A DNA stretch of 36,537 nucleotides, taken from IMG/VR virus record IMGVR_UViG_3300030095_002804, positions 1-36,537 of that record. One strand, 5' to 3'. The notes below the pieces were generated by a model. That model did no database searches and was not told where the DNA came from. It saw nothing but the letters and a program-made list of their open reading frames with translations. Below, piece after piece: positions 18,701-27,130 of this stretch. How positions within the stretch are numbered: position 1 is the first letter of the stretch; every line of letters begins with the position of its first letter. Position numbers and translations under genes: made by a program. Origin of the DNA: a virus (lineage: Duplodnaviria; Caudoviricetes).

Positions 18701-21392
18701 CCATCCAGTGACCAGCTGATATGATACATGTTGTAGAATTAATCCACCCATCTGGTGGAGCGGTATTAGCGCCTTGTCCAGTTAACCACACTCCAACAGT
18801 AGAAGTAATTGATTCATCCAAGCCACCGACACCAGGTCCAGCATCAGCTTGTGTAACCGCACCAACTTCCCCAAGTATATGCCTTGTTTCTTTTATGTAA
18901 TCTGGTGCTTCATTTTCTATAGCTATAATTTTATATCTAGCTTTCTCTAAGACAGGTTCTTGACTTCCGTGTTTATTTTTTAATAGCAAGTAAGTTTCTA
19001 AATCCACTTTGTTTCTGTCAGCAGAGTTGAATGATAACCAAACCGTCCCATCTCCAGAATCATACCATCTATCCATTATTAGATTATAATACTCATTAGA
19101 CGTTTCCTTCACATAATACTTAACATAGTCTATCCAAGAGTCTGGATTATTACTCCAGTCTTGTTTTACAACTATGCTATTTTGATTAGCGCATAACGTT
19201 TTCTCAACTGTTATATCACCAGTTGTTGATACTTCAACGTCATCATCAATTCCATCTCCATCAAAATCCGCTGCTGTAGTAGTAAAAGCATATGTACCAG
19301 TAATAACAGGCGTTTCTCTACCGTATTTATCACCAAACACCATACCAACTTTATAATCTCGAATAGATTTAATAGACTTGTGAGGCGGTTGATTTATTTC
19401 TGTTACCTCTATGTCAGAGCTTATAATGTTTTGTGTTAAATTTACGGTGTTATTAATATCGAACCCCTGTATGTAATTACCGAAAAGTAATCTATTACCT
19501 ATTATTTCTTGAGATTTTGCAAATCGTGGTACATTATCCCAACTTCTGAGAGTTTGTGTAGAAGGTAAAACCCTGTGAATCATCTCTGATGTCACAACTA
19601 GTTCTCCAGTTTTTATCTCATAATCATCAGTGCCAGTTGGCGTGTATAACTCCCACTCTGGACTTTTAACTTTATCAATTGTTTCTAATATATAAACATT
19701 AGCAGAGCTAGTTGTTTTATAAAGTATATCTACGCTAGCTACATCCAAAGGAATGTTATATGGTATGAAATCTTTTATTACCAACTCTCTAACGGTGTTT
19801 GTCATACCTAAATTATAAGCTTTGCTTATAACGTAATCGAAATCACTAGGAAGAAAAGCTAATTCAGACCAGGGTGAGAAAGAGGAATATTCTCCGTCTT
19901 CATATTTATATCTATAACCAAATCTACCTAGTTTTAATTCAAATAATGGTTTCTTTTTATCTAGAGTTATCTCCCACGATTGATAAGTTGCTGTTACTTC
20001 GGGGAATATTCTAACTAAACTAACTCTTATGTTTTCAGTTGTTTCTGAAACCTCATTACCACCACCATCTTCGTAGCATATAAATTTAACTTTTATAACA
20101 CCACCTGACGCACCCATACCTGTAAATGTGAAGGCTAATATATCATTAGGTCTATAGGCTGTGTCTAAGAAGTTGTTACTACTAAATCTTTTAATTTCAC
20201 CAATCTTAACGCCAGCCTCATCTCCACTAACAAAAGTACCTGAAAATTGCACCGGTGAAGATGCTCTCTCAACGTCTTTCATTATTAATGTTGGAGCTGA
20301 TCTAGGTGATTTACGTATAACGGTTATATGTTCTTCTTTTATATTAGTATCCCATCCACCACCATTATCATTGCCATTTACTCCAACGGGACTACTTAGT
20401 GTATTTGCGTCTACATATATACCCTCGTTATCTGGATCATTTAAATATAATTTAGTTTGTGTTTTTCCGTCGTTTAAAGTGTTATTTAAGTTGGTCCCAG
20501 CTTTACATCTAGGTATGTGTATTTTTTTTGGCTCAGATGAGTTATCTGTCCACATTAAAAAATCATCAATAACGTTTACACCTGTAATTATATTTCTTTC
20601 ACCAGCTTTACTACCAGGTGTAAAGTTTAAAACTCTAGGTGATTCAAATACTATAAATTGAGATATAGATGGATCTAGAGTTACATACACAGCTTCATGA
20701 AATAAGATAGTATTACTATTGTGATCCACCGCTTTTATAACTAAATCATTATTAACAACATCATCGCCATTACCAGCTAGAATTGTAACTTTCATTCCAG
20801 CTCTCAAGTTGTCAGTGTTTGTCATGTACAACTCGGACCAACCATCAGCTAAATAAGGATTAGTAGATTCACTGTATGATTGAACTATACTAAAGAACGT
20901 GCAGACGGTTGTGTAGTTGTCTATTAAAACGGGTGTTTTTGTGCCATCAACACTTTGTTCCCATATACTATCAACATAATGTCTAGTAGTTTCGTCTCCA
21001 AACGGGAAATCGCCATCAGTAACAATCGATGGTCCTAAGTATGGGAATGAAGCATAAAAAAAATACCCTCTATCTTTTTTCTCATCACTAATTGAAGCAA
21101 TACATTTTGGCAACTTGTTTGGACCCCAACCATTAACTACAACCTGTCCACTTAAATCTGAGGTCATAGTAAAATTTGCTGACATCCAGTTTTCTTCATA
21201 AGAAGAGCCCATTATCTCATTACCCTGTAGGTTTTGAATAGTACCAGCGTTACCCACGCCAGCAGCATCTTGTGAATCTGTAGTTCTTACCTGTATATTT
21301 GTAGCATGTCTATACTCACCGTTTTTAAGTAGTCTCTCGTCGAGATCTTTATTCATTTTACCGCCGGTGAATGAGTGTTTAATTTCTGGCAT
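12735..21392 (-). CDS. Tail stabilisation/nozzle-type protein with C-terminal Cys-rich repeats (2885 aa)
   Basis: The N-terminus MPEIKHSFTGGKMNKDLDERLLKNGEYRHATNI and blocks such as WFNCYSFGNGVESDRIRDDYNAP and YAGDYGISKNPES match, from recall, the P22 gp10-like stabilisation proteins of crAss-like and flavobacterial podophages. It follows the ring-protein genes. Confidence 0.75.
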   Translation of the reverse strand: MPEIKHSFTGGKMNKDLDERLLKNGEYRHATNIQVRTTDSQDAAGVGNAGTIQNLQGNEIMGSSYEENWMSANFTMTSDLSGQVVVNGWGPNKLPKCIASISDEKKDRGYFFYASFPYLGPSIVTDGDFPFGDETTRHYVDSIWEQSVDGTKTPVLIDNYTTVCTFFSIVQSYSESTNPYLADGWSELYMTNTDNLRAGMKVTILAGNGDDVVNNDLVIKAVDHNSNTILFHEAVYVTLDPSISQFIVFESPRVLNFTPGSKAGERNIITGVNVIDDFLMWTDNSSEPKKIHIPRCKAGTNLNNTLNDGKTQTKLYLNDPDNEGIYVDANTLSSPVGVNGNDNGGGWDTNIKEEHITVIRKSPRSAPTLIMKDVERASSPVQFSGTFVSGDEAGVKIGEIKRFSSNNFLDTAYRPNDILAFTFTGMGASGGVIKVKFICYEDGGGNEVSETTENIRVSLVRIFPEVTATYQSWEITLDKKKPLFELKLGRFGYRYKYEDGEYSSFSPWSELAFLPSDFDYVISKAYNLGMTNTVRELVIKDFIPYNIPLDVASVDILYKTTSSANVYILETIDKVKSPEWELYTPTGTDDYEIKTGELVVTSEMIHRVLPSTQTLRSWDNVPRFAKSQEIIGNRLLFGNYIQGFDINNTVNLTQNIISSDIEVTEINQPPHKSIKSIRDYKVGMVFGDKYGRETPVITGTYAFTTTAADFDGDGIDDDVEVSTTGDITVEKTLCANQNSIVVKQDWSNNPDSWIDYVKYYVKETSNEYYNLIMDRWYDSGDGTVWLSFNSADRNKVDLETYLLLKNKHGSQEPVLEKARYKIIAIENEAPDYIKETRHILGEVGAVTQADAGPGVGGLDESITSTVGVWLTGQGANTAPPDGWINSTTCIISAGHWMDAFGTESITSSGTTYSSGFDQVGGVKKVYIRIVGKSWKQDEDGVMYNAFQRNSQWRLLTNHRAINNGQSVRITWAEKWFMDADMYSYWGTSGDGEATDINGYPLNAADLVYSIEFMEVEIENKPEFDGKFFVKIDQDEVLRTGVMSFGLNNQWLPQGTYSLAYISSTVNNEATVGPYSGVPALFGESANDTTNAYDDGDSYSWFQYKFPNVTMSRNLSSGDWESDGDASLFENRVLSWCGVQSGGRSWGPWSGSVFTADDIVSPDVSVLGAWLWDYARNGKHFKGWGAGDQTFSADYRGFEACTCIGSSANGGTPEETWYHPSHFPCGEGYTVSGDGYTYGCGGFMEEISKLRQDDSSEEFNTAANYGAFASCTHHANNMTKNFWGTYKFNNGPTRIKLWNGDNAPIMPTGFGLSGEQEGGGGLAFIDGSRARYMKFPSFTDSDYPHFHKPTSMSVGNAGVVDGVQTYGEMTISRLSEGSDDAIQLYSLLTTVDKTFRWGAQDTIYQITDVEFAFGINGGEATNYSTSLTGNVTADVDFASWIGEVDMEGEDILLEQCKPCDEGGYTGNNPNPHPHSVLQEIYPDYPEISQYTSGSDTYENSNLFNVGECFRKTARVKFRKLNSVSGLPVIADDGTSDVGLDLSTWDPRGQMHHDGRDSVAITEVKGMAIIYNDDSNRNELGACWETEPKEDADLDIYYEASNAIPLVLNENNVFDFAPINSKIQSFRETDEGIVEVEVYQGGGGGAYDNIRVANIHMSTESEEAIVCVIRDAMYGNPGIGVLHTYDINNLVTPHLNIGDWMVITHPNGTVTRAKVTNFWELIDDSPNSTIFENIENPGEIDPLNGIQLLSGPKAFRTTTTPTGYYGISINVAENEVQLPWFNCYSFGNGVESDRIRDDYNAPQIDNGVRVSTTFSGYGEEKIGSGMIYSGIYNSTSQVNDLNEFNMSQKITKELNPSYGSIQRLKARDTDMVVFTEDKVLRLLANKDAVFNADGNPQLTATDRVLGTPIPYAGDYGISKNPESLAWDQYRMYFTDKQRGAALRLSRDGLTPISDVGMRSWFRNNIHGSDYLIGSFDVVQGEYNLHLETNNPNNSSSTISFNEASKGWVSFKSFKPDQGLSISGKYITAKNNSTWLHYSDNVTRNNFYGMGSSNSILKFIFNEQNDVVKSFKAINYTGSQARINQFIGANVISYTGEVGTTGDGPVDFTTIINSLTTMVSVTDGQHDNLVSRRGWYVSHIETDLEKGNVVDFKNKEGKWFQGISGKQISWDHGTHLDIQTDQFSVQGIGVVGNVTYIPDDDIDGNEDDCVPPCPIGYTCIQGECVETYQEILGCMDPLASNYCGPGNNNGIEPECNSPNNSTCVYNVVGCMDPMAPNYNSFAESTVDNSTGAVGDFDWTYYTNGYPTCWPFCTDCSTYQYGCNLTVMNGLTTLNYSAGNTTDGYCQWEGVVVPCPPSQDLDSSSPTYNGDIWDNEDDMGKIDLYVVEPGYSCVIQNCPDPDQIWTPGCTDSEEECCTDCVYGCTDSAYDNYNPAATCDDDSCYSDNYVVGCMDTAACNYDENATQQDLSSCDYNCVGCLDPLAYNYNGPPNGNSTIACDNCCCYSGQEDCSIPGCLDPAYQEFCGDDPGNANPQWQVLGMESYCEIPCWAGGPCGEYTNDLGEYAQLGDCQNLITVGVPGCMDDGSGWIEFPYTVEVNNYNMAATTDDGSCTYTIYACLDENDYNYPSENWVGWEPWFTAINDINLCVNPIVSGCMDPDAANYNSEATENDGSCRPEIRGCTDPTAINYSVYHTIDEAGSNNWTLLDPTIYDGNNYAMNSWEYSGECMYWVCGCLDQYASNYDVNANTQIQMSKHIQGVYWWQSPETVDPQNYLLADFTDNDPDSLFYGTAANENLSLYWPNTESAGRPAPGAAIEGEYITGNMTAGWFPSGMEFAPNITTFLPCDGFTGCEYDTYAPQTMVVQNYPHESESIDSTQNYTGEGDEYGG
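13175..14710 (-). repeat. About 12-13 degenerate protein-level repeats GC[MTL]D-x-x-A-x-NY...DDGSC
   Basis: Examples: GCMDPLASNY, GCMDPMAPNY, GCTDSAYDNYNPAATCDDDSC, GCMDTAACNY, GCLDPLAYNY, GCMDPDAANYNSEATENDGSC, GCTDPTAINY, GCLDQYASNY. Confidence 0.9.
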
Positions 21393-21396
21393 AATA

Positions 21397-22383
21397 TTAT
21401 TTTATTGGCTTACTTAAACCTTTAAGTATTTGAGTAAATTCTTCTATCTTAATATTTGATAATCTTATCTTCGCTTTTCTACCTTCTGCAAATTTTTCTT
21501 TTTTAAATCTTTGTATTATGAATGGTGGTATGTTTGACCTTGTAGATAATATACAGTAAGCCATCCATTTGTAAACAGCTTCCTCACAGAACTTATGTAC
21601 TACCATTTCCCCATCAGTACCTAAACCGTCACTAACATATTTTAGTATTATTGTTTCTCCAGCTAGAGATGAACCAAAGTTTATAAAACCCGTTCTATTA
21701 TCTATAAAAAATGTACCATTTGATTGAGCGTACTGCGGATCTAATCCGTATCTTCTACCGTAGTTATCAATTTCTATATCAGTAGTATCATCTGAGTTTG
21801 AATTATTTACCGCTTGAGAATTGTAATTTTGAACTGTATTACTAGCAAAAGGAGAAAAAACGTTAGCATCTTCCATTTGTAACCAATTCTGACTAGTCCC
21901 CTGTTCATCTAGTTGTAAGTTGTCACCACTTATATCACCACCCATTTCAGCGTATGAGAATTGTCCCGAAGAAGCACTCATAACATAACTCCCGTTTTCA
22001 TGTTGCTCTATAGCAAAAGGATTTGATGTTTTATCTGTTGGATATAATACTCTTTCTATACCATTAGAATCAACTCTAACGACCTTGATATAATTAACAT
22101 AATCATGAGGTAGTGTCATTCTTAGCGTATTTGGAACTTCTATTTCTTGAGATTTTACGGATCGGAATATGTCGTATGAGAATTCTTGAATAGCTCTCAT
22201 ACCACAAAACTGTGCGTCTGTTCTACTGAGTTTTGTTATTATCTTGTCCTCACCAACATACATATACATGAAGGCATTTATAATATTATCTAAAGTTACA
22301 AACTGATAATCACCAGGTTGTAAAGATGAGTTACCAGATTGGTGATAATATTGTCCAAGATTTACGTTATCTAATAATCCCAT
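21397..22383 (-). CDS. Virion structural protein, probable tail tubular/ring protein (328 aa)
   Basis: Lies between the neck gene and the stabilisation gene. It carries the motifs LPHDYVNYIKV and LKYVSDGL, recalled from ring proteins of this phage type. Confidence 0.6.
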   Translation of the reverse strand: MGLLDNVNLGQYYHQSGNSSLQPGDYQFVTLDNIINAFMYMYVGEDKIITKLSRTDAQFCGMRAIQEFSYDIFRSVKSQEIEVPNTLRMTLPHDYVNYIKVVRVDSNGIERVLYPTDKTSNPFAIEQHENGSYVMSASSGQFSYAEMGGDISGDNLQLDEQGTSQNWLQMEDANVFSPFASNTVQNYNSQAVNNSNSDDTTDIEIDNYGRRYGLDPQYAQSNGTFFIDNRTGFINFGSSLAGETIILKYVSDGLGTDGEMVVHKFCEEAVYKWMAYCILSTRSNIPPFIIQRFKKEKFAEGRKAKIRLSNIKIEEFTQILKGLSKPIK

Positions 22384-22385
22384 AA

Positions 22386-23189
22386 TTAACTATTTTGATT
22401 TTGTTTAGTAGATTGTTGATCTACCATAACTGATTGTTGTAACTGTGGTTTCTCGATTGTTATACCAGCTAGTTGTAATATTCTCATTACTAAAGGTTCT
22501 TCTTCAGTTGGGTGCAGCATAAAATTTTTACTAGTAGCAAAATTATATAATGTTTTTTCGTTAACCACAACGTAGCCCCAATTTGGAGCGTCTGGTCTTT
22601 TCCAATACTCTATAGTTATATTACACGTGGTTGTTAGATCATCACCGTCCCCACTTAAAATGCAACCAAAATCAATGTTAGCAGGAAATATGTCTAAATC
22701 AACATGGTGACCAGTGTTAGTTAATTCTGTGTTAAACCAATTAGACTGTCTAACATAAACCGGTCTAGTTGGAGATGGATACAATAGTGGGTTATTTAGC
22801 ATTAACATCATCTCATCATTATCTACTTCAGTTATTAATATACCTGGTGCACCATCTCTATGACCAGTTCTTATGTTAGCTATCATATATATATCCGCTT
22901 GGTCTAAGTTGCATCTCCACCTTAAATTATCACTTTGCAGAACCACCTGCCTAGTCTTATAATTTCTTAAAAAGTTCATCTTTTCTCTAACCATTTCTAT
23001 TTCATCAGAACTTTCTGTTTGATTTTTGGGTTTAGCATGCCCCATTTTTATTTTATGAAAGTAATCATTGATTATTTCCAATTGTGCTTTATCTGCTAAC
23101 AGGTTAAACTCTTGAGGTGTTATATAACCTCTCTGTTCTTTATTAGCTAAAGCTAAAACTTTTTGATATACATTATCTACATTTACCAT
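22386..23189 (-). CDS. Virion structural protein, probable head-tail adaptor/ring protein (267 aa)
   Basis: N-terminus VDNVYQKVLALANKEQRGYITPQEFN and C-terminal YWKRPDAPNWGY...FMLHPTEEEPLVMRIL, recalled from crAss-like ring proteins. Synteny agrees. Confidence 0.6.
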   Translation of the reverse strand: MVNVDNVYQKVLALANKEQRGYITPQEFNLLADKAQLEIINDYFHKIKMGHAKPKNQTESSDEIEMVREKMNFLRNYKTRQVVLQSDNLRWRCNLDQADIYMIANIRTGHRDGAPGILITEVDNDEMMLMLNNPLLYPSPTRPVYVRQSNWFNTELTNTGHHVDLDIFPANIDFGCILSGDGDDLTTTCNITIEYWKRPDAPNWGYVVVNEKTLYNFATSKNFMLHPTEEEPLVMRILQLAGITIEKPQLQQSVMVDQQSTKQNQNS

Positions 23190-23191
23190 GT

Positions 23192-23362
23192 TTAATATTT
23201 TTTATACGGAAACATTTGATTTAACCAAGCTTTACGCTTATTGCAACCACATCCATCTTTCTTGCCTGTTACCTTTTGAAAAGTGTATTCCGTTAATTGT
23301 TTTATGCCAGTGGCTGTAGTAATTTTCTCCACTGTATCCCCTAGTCCTTTTGATTTATTCAT
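23192..23362 (-). CDS. Small basic CGC-motif protein (56 aa), not in the ORF track
   Basis: MNKSKGLGDTVEKITTATGIKQLTEYTFQKVTGKKDGCGCNKRKAWLNQMFPYKKY*. ATG is at 23362-23360 after an AT-rich leader, and TAA is at 23194-23192, 2 nt before the next ATG. Confidence 0.8.
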   Translation of the reverse strand: MNKSKGLGDTVEKITTATGIKQLTEYTFQKVTGKKDGCGCNKRKAWLNQMFPYKKY

Positions 23363-23384
23363 AATATAATATATTTTACTATTA

Positions 23385-23395
23385 TATAGTTACAT
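23385..23395 (-). promoter_or_regulatory. Repeated intergenic motif ATGTAACTATA, copy 2 (candidate phage promoter)
   Basis: Identical to 9522-9532. It lies just downstream of a terminator and upstream of the neck/tail operon. Confidence 0.5.
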
Positions 23396-23418
23396 AATAA
23401 AGTGGAAGGTTAGCCCCT

Positions 23419-23452
23419 AAATAAAAATAGCCACCCTGTTGAGGTGGCTATT
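23419..23452 (-). terminator. Rho-independent terminator after the 287-aa gene
   Basis: Perfect 10-bp inverted repeat AATAGCCACC (23426-23435) / GGTGGCTATT (23443-23452) with a 7-nt loop, followed on the minus strand by TTTATTT. Confidence 0.8.
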
Positions 23453-23470
23453 AATATTAGATAAAAGATA

Positions 23471-24334
23471 TTAATTTAATCTTTTCTCTATACTTGTGTA
23501 CACTTCCATACCTTCATCGGTTTTAAACCAATGAGCTAGTGCTGAATATGGGTGTTCATCAAATGGGATAGTCATTAGTTTTCTATCGTTAGAACCCCAC
23601 ATAAAATATCTTTGATCTTGAGATAACTTAAGTATCCCCATTTCAGTAGCTCTAATACCAAAGTTTCTAAGCATTACATTATCATCACTAACTAAATCTA
23701 AGAACAGTCTAGGATTTCTTTTAGCGAATAATAATAAATCTCTTTTAAGTTCCTTAGAACTCATCTCTGATACTTTAGAACCAATCTCCACTCTCATAAC
23801 AGCTTCAGCTGTATCTACATCTAATTCTCGAGCAGCATTTAAAGCTTCTATTTCCATTTCTAAGAAGTCAACTTCGCCAATAGCATTCTCTTGCGGTTTC
23901 CACTCGTAAAATATTTGATCTCTATGAGGGTGATATAAAGATAGTAGCTTTTGTAAAACTGTCTTTTCTTTACGAACTAACAACGATCCATTTCTAAATA
24001 TAATGTGAGCTAATCTCTGATCGCCTTTCATTTCGTCAACAAAAGCTGTTCTTTGGTTTTCACAGTATTTCAATTCTCTTTCGTATCCCTTTTCTTCATC
24101 AAACCAATATATATTAGCTGACTTCATAGCATATGATAATGGTTTTTTATCGCCTCTCAATAGATATACTCTATCTTTTACTTCCCATTTATCTTTTTTT
24201 GGTTCAGGTTTTATCTCCTTCTTTATCTTAGGAGTTTCGACCTTCGGTTTTTCCATAACTACAGGTTCTTCCATAGTAACCGTTTCTACTTGAGGTTCTT
24301 CCACCTCAATTTTTGTTTCTTTTTTCTTTGCCAT
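23471..24334 (-). CDS. Conserved phage protein downstream of MCP (287 aa), probably structural or assembly-related
   Basis: Long ORF with a low-complexity Glu/Lys/Pro N-terminus followed by a globular domain. It lies directly after the capsid gene. Confidence 0.6.
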   Translation of the reverse strand: MAKKKETKIEVEEPQVETVTMEEPVVMEKPKVETPKIKKEIKPEPKKDKWEVKDRVYLLRGDKKPLSYAMKSANIYWFDEEKGYERELKYCENQRTAFVDEMKGDQRLAHIIFRNGSLLVRKEKTVLQKLLSLYHPHRDQIFYEWKPQENAIGEVDFLEMEIEALNAARELDVDTAEAVMRVEIGSKVSEMSSKELKRDLLLFAKRNPRLFLDLVSDDNVMLRNFGIRATEMGILKLSQDQRYFMWGSNDRKLMTIPFDEHPYSALAHWFKTDEGMEVYTSIEKRLN

Positions 24335-24349
24335 AATATAATATAATAA

Positions 24350-24391
24350 AAATTAAAAAAAATATAAGGGCGATACTAGACCGCCCTTATA
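24350..24391 (-). terminator. Rho-independent terminator after the major capsid gene
   Basis: 10-bp inverted repeat TATAAGGGCG (24363-24372) / CGCCCTTATA (24382-24391), followed on the minus strand by TTTTTTTTAATT. It begins 13 nt after the MCP stop. Confidence 0.85.
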
Positions 24392-24404
24392 AGTAAATAG
24401 TGTC

Positions 24405-25865
24405 TTATGTCATCAACATAAAGTTGTTTGCTCCTTGAGTAATCATACATCTTTCAGATAAATAATTAACTCGCATTGCATCCAACTCAGATGTAGCTGC
24501 TCCAACAGAACCAGTAACCCAAGTTTTAAATCTTCGATCATCAGTTGCAGAAGCTCTATATCTAACGTGTAAGAATGGTCTCTTCATGTTCTTACCTAAT
24601 TGTTGGTCGTATACTGAAGAAACTCCAGCAGGAACAATACATCCTCTAATCGCACTAGCAGTGTCTCTAGAGTTTATTGCTCCTCTTGTACCAGCATCAT
24701 TTAAGTATTTCCAATCAGATTTATAGAAGTCATAAGAACCTCTTCTAAATCCTGAGAAACCTAAGTTTAACGCCATATCCTCTGAATTGTCAAATACTCC
24801 ATAAGAAGTACCTCCAGCTCCATAAGAATTCATTGAAGCTAACATGTCGTCCATTGCTAGAGCAGTTGCTCTATTTACAAACATCATATTTTCTTCAATA
24901 GCTCCTTGAGAGTCGAACTCAGCAAGAATAACATCAAATTCAGCTAAATCTGTTGCAGCATTAACGCCTGTAATACCTGAAGTTTGATTTCCTCTATCTT
25001 TGATAGCATCAAATAAACCTTGAGTACCAGCAGCCGAACCATCAGCAAGACCCATGTCTGTGTCTACCGTGTTTGCTCCAGACGCCATAATTCCTTCTAA
25101 CATCATCATTTCTAAGTTGTCAGTAAATCTCATTCGAGTTTCACCTTCAGACTTTAGATACCACATGTACCCGCTAGTTCCATCTTCTCCAGAAACTTCA
25201 ACCCAACCTACTTGAGAAACGTCAGATCCAGATACGTGGAACATGTCTCTCATAATAACTGGCTTGTTACTGTAAGATAAAAACTTAGCTTCGTTAGATT
25301 CAGTATAAGGAGTATCAGAACCTTTAGCAAATTCAGAACCTATTTTAAGTACTGTAACAGCATCACTATTAGTGAAACCTACGTTACCTAATTCAGCTCC
25401 ACCGTATGGTTCACAAACAACGTTTGCGTTTGTACCTGGTGATGCAGCAGAAACTCTACAAACTACAGTTGTAGTAGCATTTGCTACTAGAACAGTATCA
25501 CCTGCTCTTAAACCGTGGTGAGTATATGTTGCTCCTGAACCAGCGTAACCGTCTATAACAACAGTTGAGTTGGTAACATCAGGTATATCTCCAATGTATG
25601 CTAAGTGTAATCTTCCTTGTTCAGACCATACAACTCTATCTGATTGCATTGCCTCTTCAGCTCCTACTTGTGATAAGAAACCTGAAACCGTTCTGTTACC
25701 GAACACTTCCGCTTCTCTCGCCATAAGATCTGGTAAATATTGTTGTCTCCAGTCGTTTATGCCTGTTGCATCCGCACCTCCTGTAAAGTCGATGTAATTT
25801 GTTGCAAGCGCTACTTGACTAGGACTTGGGGTCATATTTAAGTTACCCCCTGGTGTAAGTGCCAT
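24405..25865 (-). CDS. Major capsid protein (486 aa)
   Basis: Follows portal and scaffold and is followed by a strong terminator. Its size and the motifs WSEQGRLH, LNLGFSGFRRGSYDFYKSDWKYLND and YLSERCMITQGANNF fit flavobacterial/crAss-like MCPs from recall. Confidence 0.85.
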   Translation of the reverse strand: MALTPGGNLNMTPSPSQVALATNYIDFTGGADATGINDWRQQYLPDLMAREAEVFGNRTVSGFLSQVGAEEAMQSDRVVWSEQGRLHLAYIGDIPDVTNSTVVIDGYAGSGATYTHHGLRAGDTVLVANATTTVVCRVSAASPGTNANVVCEPYGGAELGNVGFTNSDAVTVLKIGSEFAKGSDTPYTESNEAKFLSYSNKPVIMRDMFHVSGSDVSQVGWVEVSGEDGTSGYMWYLKSEGETRMRFTDNLEMMMLEGIMASGANTVDTDMGLADGSAAGTQGLFDAIKDRGNQTSGITGVNAATDLAEFDVILAEFDSQGAIEENMMFVNRATALAMDDMLASMNSYGAGGTSYGVFDNSEDMALNLGFSGFRRGSYDFYKSDWKYLNDAGTRGAINSRDTASAIRGCIVPAGVSSVYDQQLGKNMKRPFLHVRYRASATDDRRFKTWVTGSVGAATSELDAMRVNYLSERCMITQGANNFMLMT

Positions 25866-25883
25866 AATCTATAAATTTTAAAG

Positions 25884-27104
25884 TTAATTTTTCTTGTTAA
25901 TTTTAAAGGATCTGTTTTTTATTGTATTTGCAGATTCACCTAAAACTTTAAACTTCATACCTCCAACCTCAGTTTCACCGTGAGTTTGTCTAGGTTCAAG
26001 ATTAATGTTTTTATCTTTAGCTACTCTAGCTTTTGTTGCATCAGCTTTTCCTTGTTCATAAAAATGACTAGCAACAGCATCAGCATTCATAGCAGTGAAT
26101 AAAGACTTATGATAACCTTTAGCGTCCTCAATAGTTGATTTATCTTCTCCAACAAACTTGTTGACAAAATTATTAATATCACTTTGATTAGTTTTTACTT
26201 TATCAGTGTCTTTAACATTAAACCGATATTTCTTGTCTCCAACGTTATATTCAAAACCTTTGAATTTATCATTAAAAACGTTATCAGTTTTCTGTCTAAA
26301 CTTCATTTGACTAGCTTTAGAAACTTTCTGTCTCTGCTCAGATTCCTTATTGTATCTATTAAAGAAGTCTATAGCTTTCTGTTGATCTTCAGTAAGCTTA
26401 CTACCTGCTTTAATATCTTCATAATATTTAGACTTTTGCCCGTCTAAGTGGGCCCTAGCCTCGGCAACTTGCTCTTTGAGGGCTATTTTTTTCAATCTAG
26501 ATGATCGTTCATCATCAACTTCTTCATCTACACCATACTTCTCTTCTAGTAAGAAATTTCTTTCTTCTGGTGATAAATGAGGCTTTGTTGCTCTATAGTA
26601 TTCATCTAGTACATCAGAGTCATCCATTGACTCTATATCTCTGTTTAGGTTTACGTAATCTTTTATATCACCACCAGTTTCTTCCATGAAATCTACCAAC
26701 TTCTGTATATTTTCTGGTAGTGGCTTTCCAGTTGCTTCAGCTTCCGCGACAACTTCTTCAATCTGTTCTTCAACTATCTCTGTCTCAGTTTCCTTTAAAT
26801 CACCAACTGTAATCTCCTCTAAAACAGGTGTTTCTTCTGTAACAGTTTCTACTGGAGCCTCTGGTTTAACTTCCTCAACTACGTTTGTTTCTTCTTTAAT
26901 AACCGGTTCTGTTGGAAGAGTTTTATCTTCTTCTACAGGTGGTTTTGATAGATCAACTTTTGCTATACTGTCATCTCCAGCACTTTCAAATTTAGATTTG
27001 AATTGACCTAAATCATTTCTTGGTTGCTCAACAGTGGGTTGTTCAACCTGTTCAGGTGTATCATTAGATACTTCCTCAACTATGTTTTCGTTTTCTTCTG
27101 TCAT
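25884..27104 (-). CDS. Probable capsid scaffolding protein (406 aa)
   Basis: Very acidic, disordered-looking N-terminus with a helical C-terminus. It lies between portal and MCP. Confidence 0.65.
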   Translation of the reverse strand: MTEENENIVEEVSNDTPEQVEQPTVEQPRNDLGQFKSKFESAGDDSIAKVDLSKPPVEEDKTLPTEPVIKEETNVVEEVKPEAPVETVTEETPVLEEITVGDLKETETEIVEEQIEEVVAEAEATGKPLPENIQKLVDFMEETGGDIKDYVNLNRDIESMDDSDVLDEYYRATKPHLSPEERNFLLEEKYGVDEEVDDERSSRLKKIALKEQVAEARAHLDGQKSKYYEDIKAGSKLTEDQQKAIDFFNRYNKESEQRQKVSKASQMKFRQKTDNVFNDKFKGFEYNVGDKKYRFNVKDTDKVKTNQSDINNFVNKFVGEDKSTIEDAKGYHKSLFTAMNADAVASHFYEQGKADATKARVAKDKNINLEPRQTHGETEVGGMKFKVLGESANTIKNRSFKINKKN

Positions 27105-27130
27105 AATAAAATTTTATAAAATATTAAATA

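Noticed and set aside
19254-19268. ADFDGD in the 2885-aa protein, resembling the RNA polymerase catalytic motif NADFDGD
   Set aside because: It sits in a short acidic loop (AADFDGDGIDDDVEV) inside a tail structural protein with no double-psi beta-barrel context. It is better read as a DxDGDG calcium-binding-type loop.
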